Shown: piece by piece, positions 8,675 through 19,590 of the stretch
Layout: each line of letters starts with the position of its first letter
How positions within the stretch are numbered: position 1 is the first letter of the stretch
Source of the DNA: Gammaproteobacteria bacterium UBA3498
Lineage (GTDB): Bacteria; Pseudomonadota; Gammaproteobacteria; Pseudomonadales; Pseudohongiellaceae
DNA: 54,847 nucleotides
Assembly: GCA_002377605.1 (NCBI GenBank)
Contig: DFQD01000096.1
Coordinates: 1 to 54,847, forward strand
Direction: 5' to 3'
Position numbers and translations under genes: made by a program
Notes under the pieces: model-generated
What the model was told of the DNA's origin: nothing
Database searches by the model: none
Seen by the model: the letters and a program-made list of their open reading frames with translations, nothing else

Positions 8675-10213
8675 TCAACGAATTTTCTTGATCACCTGCC
8701 CCGGTCTTGCATTGGTTGTGTTACCGTCTTTGAAAACGCTCTGACCATTTACCCAAACCTGTGACACACCAGTGGAAAGTAGTTGTCCGTCCTCGATAGT
8801 GGCGTGATCTTGGATTGTATTGATATCGAATAGGACCAAATCGGCTTTGTTACCGCTTTTAATCGTTCCTCGATCTTCGATACCGATAACAGAAGCTGCC
8901 ATCGAAGTCATCTTTTCGACAGCTGCCTCAAGGCTTAGAAGATTTTTCTCACGTACATAATTCGCCAGAACTCTCGGGTACGAACCATATCCCCGAGGAT
9001 GTCCAGAGAATCCCCCGTCCGAACAAAAATTTGCATAGGGCCATAGCATGAGTTGTTCTATATCTGCTTCTTGCATAGAGCGGCCCATAATTGATTCGGC
9101 AGACCTGCCACCGTTAGCAACACTCCACGCTCTTGCTTCTTTTATTACATTAGAAAGAGTCCTCACTTCGGAATCAGATCGAAGTTCCGCAATATCTGCA
9201 ATCGATAAACCTACATAAGATGGATCAGGTTCGAAGCGAGTAAATATAATTCCGTCAGCAGGTGCAATATCACCCAACACAAATTCTATTTCTTCAAGAT
9301 TATCGGGATTGCGGTCTGGCAATAAAACTTCAATGGTGGATTGCCAATACTCGTAAGGATAAATATCTGCAGTTAGGTTAATTCCCTCTTCCCTCGCCTC
9401 ATCCATTTTTTGTTTTAAAGATTCTGCTTCATTCCAGAAGGCTTTACCCGCGAGTTTCATATGGGAATAGTGAACTGGCATTCCTGTTTGCCTGCCTATA
9501 TCAATTAGTTCGTCTACTGATTCCCAAATAAAGCGATCTTCTGAGCGGATGTGCGAGGTGTAACGACCATTTGCAGCCGCAGTTATATGTGCTAGAGCAA
9601 GCACTTCTTCTGATTCTGAATAAACTCCTGGTTCGTATTCCAAACCACTGGATAAGCCAAGCGCGCCGTTATCTAGTTCTGTTTGCAGCAAATTCTCCAT
9701 GGAGTTTGTTTGCTCTTCCGTTGCAATATTTCTGTTATTGGCTCCCAAAACCATATTGCGCAAAGTGTTATGGCCGGCATAGGAAGCAATATTTACTGCA
9801 GAAGGTGAATTTTCAAAATCCGCAAAAAAGTTCATTATCGGATAATTGTGACTGCCATCCTGACCAAAAACCGCTGTTGTAATTCCCTGACTAAGTAGTG
9901 GCAGAGCATCGCGATTATCTGCAAGACCTCTATCGTGATGACTGTGAGTGTCAATAAAGCCTGGCGCGAGCACTAATCCGCTAGCATCAACAAACCTTTC
10001 ACCTTGTCTTAATTCCAGGTCACCTATTTCGGAAATTATGTTTCCTTCTATACGTAGATCTGCAATATAAGATTGCGATCCTGTCCCATCGACGATGCGA
10101 GCATTGCTAATAAATGTTTGTTGGGAGTTCGAAAGAGATTGATCTAACGAGCTGCAAGAAGCAGCAATTAATAATAACAATAAAGAAAAACAAAATTTAC
10201 GGCAGAAACTCAT
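8675..10213 (-). CDS. N-acyl-D-amino-acid deacylase (D-aminoacylase) family amidohydrolase, exported and possibly a lipoprotein
   Basis: 512 aa. N-terminal hydrophobic leader ending IAASCSS. Metal-binding motif GFIDTHSHHD. Amidohydrolase-like sequence throughout. Confidence 0.75.
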   Translation of the reverse strand: MSFCRKFCFSLLLLLIAASCSSLDQSLSNSQQTFISNARIVDGTGSQSYIADLRIEGNIISEIGDLELRQGERFVDASGLVLAPGFIDTHSHHDRGLADNRDALPLLSQGITTAVFGQDGSHNYPIMNFFADFENSPSAVNIASYAGHNTLRNMVLGANNRNIATEEQTNSMENLLQTELDNGALGLSSGLEYEPGVYSESEEVLALAHITAAANGRYTSHIRSEDRFIWESVDELIDIGRQTGMPVHYSHMKLAGKAFWNEAESLKQKMDEAREEGINLTADIYPYEYWQSTIEVLLPDRNPDNLEEIEFVLGDIAPADGIIFTRFEPDPSYVGLSIADIAELRSDSEVRTLSNVIKEARAWSVANGGRSAESIMGRSMQEADIEQLMLWPYANFCSDGGFSGHPRGYGSYPRVLANYVREKNLLSLEAAVEKMTSMAASVIGIEDRGTIKSGNKADLVLFDINTIQDHATIEDGQLLSTGVSQVWVNGQSVFKDGNTTNARPGQVIKKIR

Positions 10214-10236
10214 TCGAATAATTTTTACATTTATAA

Positions 10237-10275
10237 AGAAAGACCACGTTCTATTTCTAGATTCGTGGTCTTTCT
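10237..10275 (-). terminator. Hairpin terminator after the NHL-repeat gene
   Basis: Perfect 12-bp inverted repeat AGAAAGACCACG / CGTGGTCTTTCT with a 15-nt loop, 16 nt downstream of the stop at 10291. On the minus strand it is followed by TTATAAAT. Confidence 0.55.
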
Positions 10276-10290
10276 ACTTATTAGTATTGT

Positions 10291-11409
10291 CTAATTTGCA
10301 GTGTACTTGGTGAAAGCCCCACCTGCTAAAGGTAATGAGGCAGGTCCTTCTGCCGCATAAACATTGCCATCGGCATCGACCGCAACGCCTTCACCAGCAG
10401 TTCCTTGCTCATATCTGCTTTCAGTTTGATAGCCAGGAATAAAGCCGGTAATTCGATCTTCGTGCAACGGGCCAATTCTCACTCCACAACGCCAGGCTTC
10501 ATGACGAAGAGGGCCAGATTCAGAATCAATGGCATAAACCATGTCATCATTAGTTATAAAAATACCACTGATTCGCCCATACGAATAACGCGACTCAAGG
10601 TAATTGCCATCCTGGTCGAAGATTTCCAAACGATGGTTACCACGATCTGCAACCCATAGTCGGCCCAATGAATCGAATTCTAATGCATGGGGAGTACGGA
10701 AATCACCGTGTTCGGTTCCTAGCTGCCCCCACTCTCTTATGTAAGTTCCGTCTGGCGCGTACTTCACGATCCGGGCAGTTAGTCCTGCCTGACGCCCTTC
10801 TTCGAGCGCCTGAGCATTTAACATGTTCTGACCACTATGCCCGTCTGCCACATAGATGTTTCCATTAGGACCAACGATTACATCGTTAGGTTGGTTTAAA
10901 TGATTCGGGCCATTGCCAGGTTGACCTGCAGTACCAAGACTCATTAACAATTCGCCATCAGGACTAAATTTGTGCACCTGATGCCCTTTTGTACCTGCTT
11001 CATTACCCGCGAAATCTGCTACCCACACATTGCCTTCATCATCTACATGGATTCCGTGTGGAGTAACCATAATGCCACCACCAAAATTGGCAATAACTTC
11101 ACCGGTATGGCGGTTAAATTTAAAAATAGGATCTACGGGATTGCGATCACAATTGATTCCGGGGCCACCTAGCCCACCCGCACCGCAGCGCTCATATGCA
11201 ACCACATGGCCGTCGGTGGGATCGATATCAATTCCAGCAGTCGACCCCCATTGTCGCCCAGAGGGCAAATCACCCCACTCATTAGTAACCACCTGATTCG
11301 GGTTTGGAAATCCATCGCCAGTGATTATGTTTCCTCCTTGACCTGAAACTTGAGTGACAAAAAACAGCGAAGTCACAAGCGTAGCTAGAGCTATTCTTTT
11401 TTTAGACAT
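10291..11409 (-). CDS. Exported NHL-repeat six-bladed beta-propeller protein (peptidyl-alpha-hydroxyglycine lyase-like)
   Basis: Repeated NHL-type blades (VWVADFAGN, IYVADGHSGQ, LWVADRGNHRLEIFDQDGNY, VYAIDSESG). Start placed at ATG 11409 (MSKKRIALATLVTSLFFVTQVSG signal peptide) with AAGGTGA RBS; the track start at 11484 adds 25 unlikely residues. Confidence 0.7.
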   Translation of the reverse strand: MSKKRIALATLVTSLFFVTQVSGQGGNIITGDGFPNPNQVVTNEWGDLPSGRQWGSTAGIDIDPTDGHVVAYERCGAGGLGGPGINCDRNPVDPIFKFNRHTGEVIANFGGGIMVTPHGIHVDDEGNVWVADFAGNEAGTKGHQVHKFSPDGELLMSLGTAGQPGNGPNHLNQPNDVIVGPNGNIYVADGHSGQNMLNAQALEEGRQAGLTARIVKYAPDGTYIREWGQLGTEHGDFRTPHALEFDSLGRLWVADRGNHRLEIFDQDGNYLESRYSYGRISGIFITNDDMVYAIDSESGPLRHEAWRCGVRIGPLHEDRITGFIPGYQTESRYEQGTAGEGVAVDADGNVYAAEGPASLPLAGGAFTKYTAN

Positions 11410-11674
11410 GGTTTCACCTTTATTGTTGTTCTTTTCATATGCGGATTTAGGAGTCTGCCACACACCAAACCGCTTGTCAGGCATGAAGCTATATAAGAGC
11501 CTAGGTAAACTCTGTAAAAAAAACTATAACGGCGATCATTTTGATTGCCACGATTTTCATCTTTTTTCCATGAGATATAGGTACTAAACTCCGGCATAAT
11601 GCGTGTATTGGATAACTTTGACTGACCATGTTGATTAAATACTTAGAGCACAATCTTTAGGGTAATTTTGCAAA

Positions 11675-12559
11675 ATGCTAAGAATCAATAATCTCAGTAA
11701 AACTTATAGTAACGGCGTTAAAGCATTAAGCGAAGTGAGCCTCCAAATTTCACAGGGTATGTTTGGGCTTCTGGGGCCAAATGGAGCCGGAAAATCAACC
11801 TTGATGCGCACGCTTGCTACCCTTCAGGACGCTGACGAAGGCACTGCTTTTCTTGAAGATGTTGACATCCTAAATGACAAGGAATCCCTCCGTCAGGTAC
11901 TTGGCTACCTGCCACAAGAGTTTGGAACCTATCCCCGAATTTCTGCACGGAGAATGCTAGATCATTTTGCCGTCCTTAAGGGAATCTCTAACAGAAGTGA
12001 AAGAAAGGAACTTGTCGATCACCTTATGAACCAGGTGAACCTATGGCACGTGCGCGATACGGCTGTGAGCACTTATTCCGGCGGCATGAAACAAAGATTC
12101 GGCATTGCCCAAGCCTTAATTGGTAATCCTCAACTTTTAATTGTCGATGAACCTACCGCTGGACTAGATCCGGAGGAGCGACGTAGATTTCACAATCTAC
12201 TTGCCGACATTGGCGAAGACACAGTTGTGATTCTTTCTACTCATATTGTTGATGATGTCAGCGACCTTTGCTCTGACATGGCCATCATGGGCGGAGGAAG
12301 AATTCTATTAAAGGGGCATCCTGCTGAGGTAATTGATCATTTGCAAGGTTCAATCTATGCCAAGTTAATTAATCGTAATGAAGTAGAAGACTATGAAGAA
12401 AGACATCGAGTACTCTTTTCAACATTGGTTGGAGGCCGCACAAAAATACACATTCTGAGCGAACAAGATCCAGGTAACGGGTTTGAAGCGATGAGCCCCA
12501 ACTTGGAGAGTGTCTATTTCGCCACTCTACGCGACCACGAAATTCAAATCACTGTTTAA
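11675..12559 (+). CDS. ABC transporter ATP-binding protein
   Basis: Walker A GPNGAGKST, signature YSGGMKQR, Walker B LLIVDEPTAGLD. Confidence 0.92.
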   Translation: MLRINNLSKTYSNGVKALSEVSLQISQGMFGLLGPNGAGKSTLMRTLATLQDADEGTAFLEDVDILNDKESLRQVLGYLPQEFGTYPRISARRMLDHFAVLKGISNRSERKELVDHLMNQVNLWHVRDTAVSTYSGGMKQRFGIAQALIGNPQLLIVDEPTAGLDPEERRRFHNLLADIGEDTVVILSTHIVDDVSDLCSDMAIMGGGRILLKGHPAEVIDHLQGSIYAKLINRNEVEDYEERHRVLFSTLVGGRTKIHILSEQDPGNGFEAMSPNLESVYFATLRDHEIQITV

Positions 12560-12588
12560 ATGGAAAGCCCTCCAGAAAATCTCTAATC

Positions 12589-15500
12589 ATGTTTGCTGAA
12601 ATTTTTAAATTTGAACTTAGGTATCATGCAAGACAGCCACTGGTTTATGTCATATCTGCCGTATTATTTTTGCTTAATTTTGGTGCCACTGTCTCTGACA
12701 ATATTTCAATCGGCGGCACCCTTACCAACATAAATATCAATTCGCCTTTCAATATCATTATCGTATTAGCCAACACTAGCTTTTTTACCTCGTTGTTTGC
12801 AGGCGTTGCTTATGCCTCAAGTCCAGCGTTAAGAGATTTTGATCACAATATTGCTGAAATTTTCTTAACAACCCGAGTAAAGAAATTTGATTATCTTTTT
12901 GGGCGATTTTGTGGAGCGCTCATTTTTTGTTTTATTGTGTATCTTACAGCGGCTTTTGGCATTTTCCTCGGAGAGTTTATGCCTTGGATCGACCCAGACC
13001 GCTTAGGACCATTACGACTTGATGCTTATTGGTTTGCCACCTGGGCAATTGCTTTACCAAATATATTGATGATGGCAGCTTTAGTTTTTCTTATTGCCAC
13101 TTTAACTCGCAGTCTTCTGGCAAGCTTCCTGACACTGTTTCTTATTTTAGTAGTTCAGTCAGTAGTCGGTTCACTAGTTGATCCGGAAGATATTCGCTTG
13201 TTAAGCCTATTGGATCCTTTTGGCTTGGTAGCGTTATCGGATACTGCTCGTTATTGGACACCATTCCAAATGAATGAACAGATCATGCCAGTTACAGGTA
13301 ACTTTCTATATAACCGGCTAATTGTGCTTGTATTTATGTCAACATTTACTTTGGCTGCTTATCACTATTTTACTTTTTCGTTGGATTTCGCTACGGAAAA
13401 GACAAAATTCAAGAAATTTTTTACAAGCTTTAAAAAGCAGAAGAAAATTATCGAACCAATTTCTTCTTTAACAACCCCTATTTCAGTTAATCACCGTTTT
13501 GGGTTCACTTCCCAAATTCTACAATTTATTTCTCAGCTTCGAATAGAGTTCTACAGCATCATAATCGGTAAAGCATTTTTAATGATCGCTTTGTTTGGCA
13601 TGGTTCAGGTGGCTGGTACCGCCTACTTTGGTCTAGGCGGAATTTATGGCACAGAAGTATATCCTACGACTACATATATGGTGTCAATCATCAATAGCAG
13701 TTACACGCTCCCTTTAATTTTGGTACTGATTTTCTATTCCTCAGAGCTAATGGTGCGGGAAGACAACATGCAAATCTCTGAGATGGTTGATGCTATGCCG
13801 TATCCAAATTGGGTCGCAATAAGTGCGAAACTTGTTGGGTTGATGCTCGTCATGGCGGCAATGCTGTTCGCAGCGATGATAGCGGCGATAGTTGTGCAGG
13901 CGCTAAAAGGATATTTTGATTTTAATTTCTTACAATACTTTTTGGGATTGTTCTCTTTCTTTCAATTTCCAATCTGGTTTACCTGCGTTTTTGCTGTGTT
14001 CGCGCATGTCGTTGCGGGTAATCGCTATATTGGCATGTTTGTCGTATTACTGTACTTTGCAGGTAGCTTGATACTTCCGCAGCAAGGGTTTGATCACAAC
14101 CTTTATCTTTTTGCCACTCCTCAGATTCCTTATTCGGTATTCACGGGTTTTGGGCCAAATCTGAGCGCATATGTTTGGTTTTCTATTTATTGGACAATAT
14201 TCTGTGGAATGCTCTTGATAATAATGAATTTGCTTTGGCAACGAGGCAGTGAGCATAAAAACCGCTTCTCTTGGAAAAGCTTAAAGCAGCGTTTTACGCC
14301 AATTATTGCCACTACAATCCTTGCTTTTTTTACAGCATTTGTGGCCACTGGAAGTTATATCTTTTACAACACAAACATTCTCAACAAGAAACGCAGTGCC
14401 CTGGATGTAGAAGCTGATATCGCTGCCTATGAAAGGAGCTATAAGCAATATGAAGACCAGCTTTTTCCAGATCTCGTCAACATGTATGCCGAAGTGGACA
14501 TCTATCCGGAGGACAAGGAAGCGTTTGTTTATGGCAGGTACACTTTGCAAAACAATTTTAATGAACCAATTTCAGAGCTTCATTTCACGATTCCACCAAA
14601 TATCACTCTAACTAGTCTAGAAGTTCCTGATTCGGAGGTTACTCATAGCGATACTCAGCTCGGCTATTATATTTATGTATTAAATCAACCCATGCAGTCA
14701 GGCGATTCATTTGATGTAAATTTTCAAGTGGAATGGCTTACGCCAGGATTTGTAAACAATAACCCAAACACGCGATTACTAAGTAACGGTACGTTTTTTA
14801 ACAACATCGAAGCTTTTCCCTTACCTGGTTATTCAAAAGAATCAGAGTTGATTGATAACAATCGCCGGCGCCGTTATGACTTACCTCCAGCAGAACGAGT
14901 TGCCAAGATTGATGACGAAAGCAAACATGATGAAGGTTTTGGAACTATTCGCATGCGAGCTGGGTATGAAGCAATTGTTAGTACCTCGCATGATCAGATA
15001 GCGGTCACCCCTGGTTATCTTGAAAGAGAATGGGAACAAAATGGCCGCCGCTATTTCCACTACAAGATGGATGAACCTATTTGGCCATTTGTATCATTTC
15101 TTTCCGCAGACTATGAAATGAAAGCAGACTCATGGAACGACATAGATATCGAGGTTTATTACAAGCATGGATATAACGTTGATCGCATGATTGACGCTTC
15201 TAAGAAATCGTTAGATTATTTCACAAAAAATTTTAGCCCTTATCAATATCGTCAATATCGAATTTTTGAGTTCCCTCGGCAACGAGGCTCATTTGCCCAA
15301 TCATTCCCTAACACTATTCCATTTTCAGAAAACATTGGTTTTGTCGCTGATATACGGGACCCAGCAGATATCGACTCAGTGTTTTACGTTACTGCACATG
15401 AGCTCGCTCATCAGTGGTGGGGGCACCAGGTTTCGGGTGCAAACGTTCAAGGCGGAGCAATGATACTAGAAACGCTCTCGCAATATTCAGCCCTGATGGT

Positions 15501-16188
15501 TATGGAGCAAGAATATGGCCAAGCTCATATGCAGCGATTTCTAAATTATGAACTGGATAGTTATCTTAGTGGTCGAGGAGCAGAAGTGTTAGAAGAACTT
15601 CCGCTAATGTTAGTGGAGAATCAAGGCTACATTCACTATCGAAAAGGCAGCTTGGTGTTATATGCCTTAAAAGATTATTTAGGAGCAGATACAGTTAATA
15701 GGATCTTAAGTGAGTTTATTGATGAATGGGGATTTCAGGGACCACCTTATCCGACCACAAGGGATTTGATAGCAAAATTTAGAGATAACGCCGACCCTCA
15801 GTTTCAATCCGTAATCACGGATCTATTCGAAAAGATAATTATCTTCGATCTTCGTTCTGAAGATAATACATTCCAGCGGTTAGCAGATGGTCGGTTCGAA
15901 GTCACTATCAATACAACCGCGACAAAATTTGAAGCCGATGGTGGAGGGAAGGAAATTCAAGTGGATATGGAAGCACTAGTTGATGTTGCAGTGTTAGGAA
16001 AAGAGGACGAGCATACAAAAATTCCAGAAGTCCTCTACATCGCAAAACATCAAATAAATTCACACAATCAGAGTTTTACTATTACCGTAGACGGTGAACC
16101 TGAGTCCGCAGGAATCGATCCTTTTAACAAACTCATCGATAGAAACCCTGATGACAATGTGTCAAACGTCAATCCAATCGAAGATTGA
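12589..16188 (+). CDS. Fusion of a polytopic ABC-2-type permease (about the first 600 aa) with a C-terminal M1 (aminopeptidase N-like) gluzincin domain
   Basis: 1199 aa. Many hydrophobic helices up to about residue 600. Then a soluble domain with HELAHQWWGH followed about 19 residues later by E (MILETLSQY). The canonical GxMEN exopeptidase motif is not obvious (FPNTIPFSENIGF in its place). Starts 29 nt after the ATPase gene. Confidence 0.8.
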   Translation: MFAEIFKFELRYHARQPLVYVISAVLFLLNFGATVSDNISIGGTLTNININSPFNIIIVLANTSFFTSLFAGVAYASSPALRDFDHNIAEIFLTTRVKKFDYLFGRFCGALIFCFIVYLTAAFGIFLGEFMPWIDPDRLGPLRLDAYWFATWAIALPNILMMAALVFLIATLTRSLLASFLTLFLILVVQSVVGSLVDPEDIRLLSLLDPFGLVALSDTARYWTPFQMNEQIMPVTGNFLYNRLIVLVFMSTFTLAAYHYFTFSLDFATEKTKFKKFFTSFKKQKKIIEPISSLTTPISVNHRFGFTSQILQFISQLRIEFYSIIIGKAFLMIALFGMVQVAGTAYFGLGGIYGTEVYPTTTYMVSIINSSYTLPLILVLIFYSSELMVREDNMQISEMVDAMPYPNWVAISAKLVGLMLVMAAMLFAAMIAAIVVQALKGYFDFNFLQYFLGLFSFFQFPIWFTCVFAVFAHVVAGNRYIGMFVVLLYFAGSLILPQQGFDHNLYLFATPQIPYSVFTGFGPNLSAYVWFSIYWTIFCGMLLIIMNLLWQRGSEHKNRFSWKSLKQRFTPIIATTILAFFTAFVATGSYIFYNTNILNKKRSALDVEADIAAYERSYKQYEDQLFPDLVNMYAEVDIYPEDKEAFVYGRYTLQNNFNEPISELHFTIPPNITLTSLEVPDSEVTHSDTQLGYYIYVLNQPMQSGDSFDVNFQVEWLTPGFVNNNPNTRLLSNGTFFNNIEAFPLPGYSKESELIDNNRRRRYDLPPAERVAKIDDESKHDEGFGTIRMRAGYEAIVSTSHDQIAVTPGYLEREWEQNGRRYFHYKMDEPIWPFVSFLSADYEMKADSWNDIDIEVYYKHGYNVDRMIDASKKSLDYFTKNFSPYQYRQYRIFEFPRQRGSFAQSFPNTIPFSENIGFVADIRDPADIDSVFYVTAHELAHQWWGHQVSGANVQGGAMILETLSQYSALMVMEQEYGQAHMQRFLNYELDSYLSGRGAEVLEELPLMLVENQGYIHYRKGSLVLYALKDYLGADTVNRILSEFIDEWGFQGPPYPTTRDLIAKFRDNADPQFQSVITDLFEKIIIFDLRSEDNTFQRLADGRFEVTINTTATKFEADGGGKEIQVDMEALVDVAVLGKEDEHTKIPEVLYIAKHQINSHNQSFTITVDGEPESAGIDPFNKLIDRNPDDNVSNVNPIED

Positions 16189-16381
16189 TTAACAGAGAGT
16201 GATAACGGTAGTTAGTCCAATCTAACCCAAAAACCTGACTCCAAACCAACTGCAGTATCTGAACACTACTCTCTTTCAATAATTTTGTGCAGATAGCTGC
16301 CATCCCGATGTGAAATATCTACTTATACCGACAATTTGTTTCAATTGGTTACTAGATCGCAGTTGAAAAATCTTTGAAGCG

Positions 16382-18406
16382 CTAAGCGTCCGCTATGCTT
16401 GAAGGCGCAGTTTCAGAAGGAGTTGCGCGACTCATCAGAACACCCAAAATCGCGGTGATAGCTCCGGCAATAAGTAAGGTCATTTGTCCCATATTTATAT
16501 CAATAACTTCTGTTGACGGCAGTGCAATAAGCCCTCCACCTAACGCGATTAGTGCGCGACCTGAGATACCGATCGGCCCCTCGCGATCCAAAAACCCAAC
16601 ACCGATAAGATAGCGCTGCAAACAGCTGGCGATTAAAACAATACCAATGGCAACTTTAACTGTTGCGATAAGTGTGTCAGTCCAGGAGCCTGACATAACC
16701 ATCGCAGGTTCTAGAACAAAGAAAAACGGAATGAAATAAATAATGCTCCCTAGGCGCATCGCAGTAAAACCGGTCGCAAGCGCCGAAGAGCCGGCAATGC
16801 TTGCAGCAGCGAATGCACCTAATGCTACAGGTGGTGTAATAAATGAAAGCATGCCCCAATAAAGAATAAAGAGGTGAACACTCATAGGCTCAAGTCCACC
16901 CTGAATTAGCGCAGGTGCCAAAACTATCGCAAGGAAAACGTACGCTGCTGTGACAGTCATTCCAATACCGAGTAAAAAACTGCTAAACGCGCCCATTAAT
17001 AATAAGAGCAAGGTCGAGTCCCCCGCCAGGTAAAGAAGATCGTTGACCAGAGTGCCCGATAAACCGGTGACAGAGAGAGCACCAACGATTAAGCCAACCC
17101 CGGCCATAATGGTTAACAGCTCCATCAGTAGCTTTCCTGTTGCAACCAAAAAGGAACCTACTTGTTTTGTTTCCCAACGATGTTCCTTAGAGAATTGATT
17201 GAGCACTAACAACAATCCAGTGGCGATAAACGGAGCGACGGCTTCACGCTGCAAATAAACAAGTAGAAAAATTAAAATCATGAACGCAACTATATAGAAC
17301 CAGCCTTGCTTCATGGTTTCACTCAAACTCGGAAGTTCTTCGCGCGGCGTACCTTCAAGCCCTTTTCGAGCTGCATAGGCGTCTACCTGAACAAACAGGC
17401 CAAAGAAATACAGCAAGGCTGGTATTGCTGCGGCCAAAGCGACCGTAGTGTAAGGAACATTCAGAAACGTGGCCATTACAAAAGCAGTTGAACCCATGAT
17501 CGGAGGCAATAACACCCCACCAGTTGAAGCACAAGATTCAACACCAGCGGCATACTCTTTTTCCATGCCATTGTTTTGCATAGCTGGAATTGTCATCTGC
17601 CCCGTGGTTAAAACATTAGTAATAACACTGCCACTCATCGACCCCATTAAACCACTGGAAACAATTGCTACTTTCGCAGAGCCACCTCGAACATGACCAA
17701 AAACTGCAAAAGCCAGATTTATAAAGAAGCGACCTCCCCCGGTTTGTTGCAATGCAATTCCGAAAATTAAAAAGCCGATAACTAATTGTGCAAAAGCTCG
17801 GAAAGGCAATCCCAGGATACTTTCGATACTCATGACATGATATGCCGCTGTTTCTGCCGGCGTAGAAGCCATACCAGAGATTGGCCCGGGCAAGCTTTCT
17901 GCAAAAATGGGATAAAGAGAGAACACGAATACCAGTCCGAACAACACCATGCCACCGCTGCGTCGGACTGCCTCCATGATAAGAATCCAGAGTAAATAGC
18001 TCACCCAAATAGCATAATCAGGTGCCCCAAACTCCCAACCGAAGTCCAACATGGTTTCTGCGTTTACAAAAAAGAATATGCAAGCACCGCACGCTGCTAT
18101 TGCTAGCAGGCCATCAAACCAAATGCCTTTAGGATTTTTTATTGTTGGATTAAGCAGGTAGCAAAGAGGCAACAACAAACCCATGAGGGCATAGTAGTAA
18201 TGGTTTTGTACGGTGATAATGAAATCGAGAAGTGGACGCTCGGAAAATAAGCGCAAAGAGTCCATGGCAAGAAAAGCACTACCGATGGCAGCGGCGCCAG
18301 TCAACCAGCGCAATGTAATTGGTAATCCGCTGGCTTTATCTGACACTATCGCCAAACCGGATCGAAGCCGGCTGCCTCCAGGCGTTGCGCTCTGACCTGC
18401 ATCCAA
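16382..18406 (-). CDS. TRAP transporter fused permease (TAXI-type, DctQ/DctM-like fusion)
   Basis: 674-aa highly hydrophobic protein directly downstream of a TAXI binding protein. The alternative GTG start at 18346 overlaps the upstream stop (TAGTG) and may be the true start; the ATG at 18406 would overlap the SBP gene by 61 nt. Confidence 0.85.
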   Translation of the reverse strand: MDAGQSATPGGSRLRSGLAIVSDKASGLPITLRWLTGAAAIGSAFLAMDSLRLFSERPLLDFIITVQNHYYYALMGLLLPLCYLLNPTIKNPKGIWFDGLLAIAACGACIFFFVNAETMLDFGWEFGAPDYAIWVSYLLWILIMEAVRRSGGMVLFGLVFVFSLYPIFAESLPGPISGMASTPAETAAYHVMSIESILGLPFRAFAQLVIGFLIFGIALQQTGGGRFFINLAFAVFGHVRGGSAKVAIVSSGLMGSMSGSVITNVLTTGQMTIPAMQNNGMEKEYAAGVESCASTGGVLLPPIMGSTAFVMATFLNVPYTTVALAAAIPALLYFFGLFVQVDAYAARKGLEGTPREELPSLSETMKQGWFYIVAFMILIFLLVYLQREAVAPFIATGLLLVLNQFSKEHRWETKQVGSFLVATGKLLMELLTIMAGVGLIVGALSVTGLSGTLVNDLLYLAGDSTLLLLLMGAFSSFLLGIGMTVTAAYVFLAIVLAPALIQGGLEPMSVHLFILYWGMLSFITPPVALGAFAAASIAGSSALATGFTAMRLGSIIYFIPFFFVLEPAMVMSGSWTDTLIATVKVAIGIVLIASCLQRYLIGVGFLDREGPIGISGRALIALGGGLIALPSTEVIDINMGQMTLLIAGAITAILGVLMSRATPSETAPSSIADA

Positions 18407-19536
18407 GAGGCTTGAAATTGGTCAGCATCACGGATATTTTCGGCTGTGACTTCAGACCATGCTGCCTCTAAAACCTCCTGACGACGAATCAACTCGCGAT
18501 TGTGTGCATCAATTTCATCCGTCCATACACCAATCTCTCGCCAGTAATTCACCGCACCCTCATGATATGGAACAACCCAGTCGAAAACCTGTCTGTCCAA
18601 AGCCCAGCCTATTGCACCAGGATCGGAATCTTTATAGTCGTCATAATTTTCATTTAAAGCCTTGACAAGGGCATACACGAGATCACTATCTTGTGTATCC
18701 AGCGTTGTTAAAAGAGGGTATGGATAAGTGCCCGCCTCAAGTGGATTTTCTTCACTAATGGCTGCACCACGCGTTGCATTATGCTTAGTAAAGTAAGGTG
18801 AAATTGCCAGCATCCTGTTCCAGCATTCTTCATCGTCGTGAGGGACTTCCAACCAGGTTATACCGCGAGGTGAAGCTTCAAGCCGATACGGAGGGCCAGA
18901 AACAGTTGCGCCAAACCCAACATCAACATCACCGTTGATTATTCCAATCCAATTCGCTTCGTAGCCAGGGAAATCAACACGTACAACGTCGTCCCAAGTC
19001 AGTCCTGCGCATGCTAAATGGGCTTCAACTGAAACATTGAGCGCAGGCGCAGCTCTAACAAACGGTACGCGGCGACCACGTAAACCAGCTATTGTTGTAA
19101 CCCCTGTATCTGAAGCAACTGCAATCGATTGATTACTCAGCCCGTTTGAAACCATGACTAATCGAAGAGGTTGAGGACCCCACTGTGAAACTGCAAACTG
19201 AAAAGTTCCTTCTTGCGCGAAATAAGTTGCTACCCCATTAGCGGTAAAATCAACTCGGCCAGTCTTAAGGGGTAATAGTCTTGAAATATCATTTTGTCCC
19301 GGAATTACACGCAGCGTGACATTAAACTTTTCCCGCAGCATAGCACCTATTGCAACGGCCTGATTATAGCCAGTAGTACCCAGGTTGTAGGCAGTCCAGG
19401 CCATTTGTCGAGGAAATGGGGATTGGTTCGATTGGCTTATTGAAGCACCAGTAGCCGCTAGCACCAGAACTACTGCGCTTATCTTAAATATCTTGCCATA
19501 TCCTGATGCTGGTGTTTTCAAATCCTTCATAAACAC
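18346..19536 (-). CDS. TAXI-family TRAP transporter solute-binding protein
   Basis: 396 aa. Signal peptide ...VVLVLAATGASISQ. TAXI-like sequence (TTGYNQAVAIGAMLREKFNVTLRVIPGQNDISRL, GRVDFTANG). Adjacent to the fused permease. Confidence 0.85.
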   Translation of the reverse strand: MFMKDLKTPASGYGKIFKISAVVLVLAATGASISQSNQSPFPRQMAWTAYNLGTTGYNQAVAIGAMLREKFNVTLRVIPGQNDISRLLPLKTGRVDFTANGVATYFAQEGTFQFAVSQWGPQPLRLVMVSNGLSNQSIAVASDTGVTTIAGLRGRRVPFVRAAPALNVSVEAHLACAGLTWDDVVRVDFPGYEANWIGIINGDVDVGFGATVSGPPYRLEASPRGITWLEVPHDDEECWNRMLAISPYFTKHNATRGAAISEENPLEAGTYPYPLLTTLDTQDSDLVYALVKALNENYDDYKDSDPGAIGWALDRQVFDWVVPYHEGAVNYWREIGVWTDEIDAHNRELIRRQEVLEAAWSEVTAENIRDADQFQASWMQVRAQRLEAAGFDPVWR

Positions 19537-19590
19537 TCTTTCTCCTGGAGATTACGACTTTCGAGCTGAAGAATACTAGACTGCGCTGCT

